64,000 bases of DNA from positions 28,892,001-28,956,000 of the forward strand of contig OZ024742.1 in the NCBI GenBank assembly GCA_964016885.1. The letters are read 5' to 3'. Made by a program: the position numbers and the translations under genes. Shown piece after piece: positions 61,101 to 64,000 of the stretch. Numbering within the stretch: position 1 is the first letter of the stretch; the number at the start of each line of letters is the position of its first letter. This DNA comes from Eledone cirrhosa (taxonomy: Eukaryota). The notes below the pieces were generated by a model. The model was given only the letters and a program-made list of their open reading frames with translations, searched no databases and was not told the DNA's origin.

Positions 61101-64000
61101 AGACACATGAGGCAGCCAAAGTGGTCCAATGACCACGGTCAGTTGTATCTACCAATACATGCCACGTCTTGAGACACATGAAGCAGCCAAAGTGGTCCAA
61201 TGACCAAAGTCAGTTGTATCTACCAATACATCCCACGTCTTGAGACACATGAAGCAGCCAAAGTGGTCCAATGACCACAGTCCGTTGTATCTACCAATAC
61301 ATGCCACGTTTTGAGACACATGAGGCAGCCAAAGTGGTCCAATGACCACAGTCAGTTGTATCTACCAATACATCCCATGTCTTGAGACACATGAGGCAGC
61401 CAAAGTGGTCCAATGACCACAGTCAGTTGTATCTACCAATACATGCCACGTCTTGAGACACATGAGGCAGCCAAAGTGGTCCAATGACCACAGTCAGTTG
61501 TATCTACCAATACATCCCACGTCTTGAGACACATGAGGCAGCCAAAGTGGTCCAATGACCACAGTCAGTTGTATCTACCAATACATCCCACGTCTTGAGA
61601 CACATGAGGCAGCCAAAGTGATCCAATGACCACAGTCAGTTGTATCTACCAATACATGCCACGTCTTGAGACACATGAAGCAGCCAAAGTGGTCCAATGA
61701 CCACGGTCAGTTATATCTACCAATACATCCCACGTCTTGAGACACATGATGCAGCCAAAGTGGTCCAATGACCACAGTCAGTTGTATCTACCAATACATC
61801 CCACGTCTTGAGACACATGAAGCAGCCAAAGTGGTCCAATGACCACGGTCAGTTGTATCTACCAATACATCCCACGTCTTGAGACACATGAGGCAGCCAA
61901 AGTGGTCCAATGACCACAGTCAGTTGTATCTACCAATACATCCCATGTCTTGAGACACATAAGGCAGCCAAAGTGGTCCAATGACCACAGTCAGTTGTAT
62001 CTACCAATACATCCCACGTCTTGAGACACATGAGGCAGCCAAAGTGGTCCAATGACCACAGTCAGTTGTATCTACCAATACATGCCACGTCTTAAGACAC
62101 ATGAGGCAGCCAAAGTGGTCCAATGACCACAGTCAGTTGTATCTACCAATACATCCCACGTTTGAGACACATGAGGCAGCCAAAGTGGTCCAATGACCAC
62201 AGTCAGTTGTATCTACCAATACATCCCACGTCTTGTGACACATGAGGCAGCCAGAGTGGTCCAATGACCACAGTCAGTTGTATCTACCAATACAACCCAC
62301 GTCTTGAGACACATGAGGCAGCCAAAGTGGTCCAATGACCACAGTCAGTTGTATCTACCAATACATCCCACGTCTTGAGACACATGAGGCAGCCAAAGTG
62401 GTCCAATGACCACAGTCAGTTGTATCTACCAATACATGCCACGTCTTGAGACACATGAGGCAGCCAAAGTGGTCCAAAGACCACAGTCAGTTGTATCTAC
62501 CAATACATGCCACGTCTTGAGACACATGAGGCAGCCAAAGTGGTCCAATGACCACAGTCAGTTGTATCTACCAATACATCCCACGTCTTGAGACACATGA
62601 GGCAGCCAAAGTGATCCAATGACCACAGTCAGTTGTATCTACCAATACATCCCACGTCTTGAGACACATGAGGCAGCCAAAGTGGTCCAATGACCACAGT
62701 CAGTTGTATCTACCAATACATCCCACGTCTTGAGACACCTGAGGCAGCCAAAGTGGTCCAATGACCACAGTCAGTTGTATCTACCAATACATGCCACGTC
62801 TTGAGACACATGAGGCAGCCAAAGTGGTCCAATGACCACAGTCAGTTGTATCTACCAATACATCCCACGTCTTGAGACACACGAGGCAACCAAAGTGGTC
62901 CAATGACCACAGTCAGTTGTATCTACCAATACATCCCACGTCTTGAGACACAGGAGGCAGCCAAAGTGGTCCAATGACAACAGTCAGTTGTATCTACCAA
63001 TACATCCCACGTCTTGAGACACATGAGGCAGCCAAAGTGGTCCAATGACCACGGTCAGTTGTATCGACCAATACATGCCACGTCTTGAGACACATGAAGC
63101 AGCCAAAGTGGTCCAATGACCACAGTCAGTTGTATCTAGCAATACATCCCACGTCTTGAGACACATGAAGCAGCCAAAGTGGTCCAATGACCACGGTCAG
63201 TTGTATCTACCAATACATCCCACGTCTTGAGACACATGAAGCAGCCAAAGTTGTCCAATGACCACAGTCAGTTGTATCTACCAATACATCCCACGTCTTG
63301 AGACACATGAAGCAGCCAAAGTGGTCCAATGACCACAGTCATTTGTATCTACCAATACATCCCACGTCTTGAGACACATGAGGCAGCCAAAGTGGTCCAA
63401 TGACCACAGTCAGTTGTATCTACCAATACATCCCACGTCTTGAGACACATGAGGCAGCCAAAGTGGTCCAATGACCACAGTCAGTTGTATCTACCAATAC
63501 ATGCCACGTCTTGAGACACATTAAGCAGCCAATGTGGTCCAATAAACACGGTCAGTTATATCTACCAATAGATCCCACGTCTTGAGACACATGAGGCAGC
63601 CAAAGTGGTCCAATGACCACAGTCAGTTGTATCTACCAATACATCCCACGTCTTGAGACACATGAAGCAGCCAAAGTGGTCCAATGACCACGGTCAGTTG
63701 TATCTACCAATACATCCCACGTCTTGAGACACATGAGGCAGCCAAAGTGGTCCAATGACCACAGTCAGTTGTATCTACCAATACATCCCATGTCTTGAGA
63801 CACATGAGGCAGCCAAAGTGGTCCAATGACCACAGTCAGTTGTATCTACCAATACATGCCACGTCTTGAGACACATGAAGCAGCCAAAGTGGTCCAATGA
63901 CCACAGTCAGTTGTATCTACCAATACATCCCACGTCTTGAGACACCTGAGGCAGCCAAAGTGGTCCAATGACCACGGTCAGTTGTATCTACCAATACATG
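16155..64000 (+). repeat. 71-bp satellite DNA array, about 670 head-to-tail monomers, continuing past the window end
   Basis: Consensus CCCACGTCTTGAGACACATGAGGCAGCCAAAGTGGTCCAATGACCACAGTCAGTTGTATCTACCAATACAT. Most monomers are within 0-2 substitutions; single orientation; no insertions seen. Confidence 0.99.

Noticed and set aside
16155-64000. CRISPR-like array or repetitive protein gene
   Set aside because: Monomers are contiguous with no unique spacers and no cas genes. The period of 71 is not a multiple of 3 and the consensus has stops on both strands; the 61-67 aa ORFs arise where a SNP removes a stop.

Overview
AT-rich, repeat-dominated animal genomic DNA with no intact protein-coding gene. 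The SINE types and (AT)n density suggest a cephalopod such as octopus (inference). Bases 1-10.4 kb are long (AT)n microsatellite tracts interrupted by short islands, with a 200-N gap at 8740-8939. Four islands carry type I hammerhead ribozyme (HHR) folds, nine motifs in total: a 591-bp tandem dimer, a 312-bp tandem array (at least 3.6 copies), a head-to-head palindromic pair and a single copy inside an inverted repeat. Two families have a compensatory U3-A8 core instead of C3-G8. This matches non-autonomous Penelope-like pLTRs or non-LTR retrozymes and is the most notable system here. Also present are a non-autonomous Helitron, tRNA-derived SINEs, a 29-bp minisatellite, an RTE-type LINE 3' remnant and a decayed DD41D Tc1/mariner transposon. 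From about 16155 to the window end is a homogeneous 71-bp satellite (about 670 monomers) with multi-kb internal block duplications. Apart from 12177-12380 and 13073-13291 (fragments of dead transposon genes), the ORF-track entries are spurious, mostly translations of repeats.
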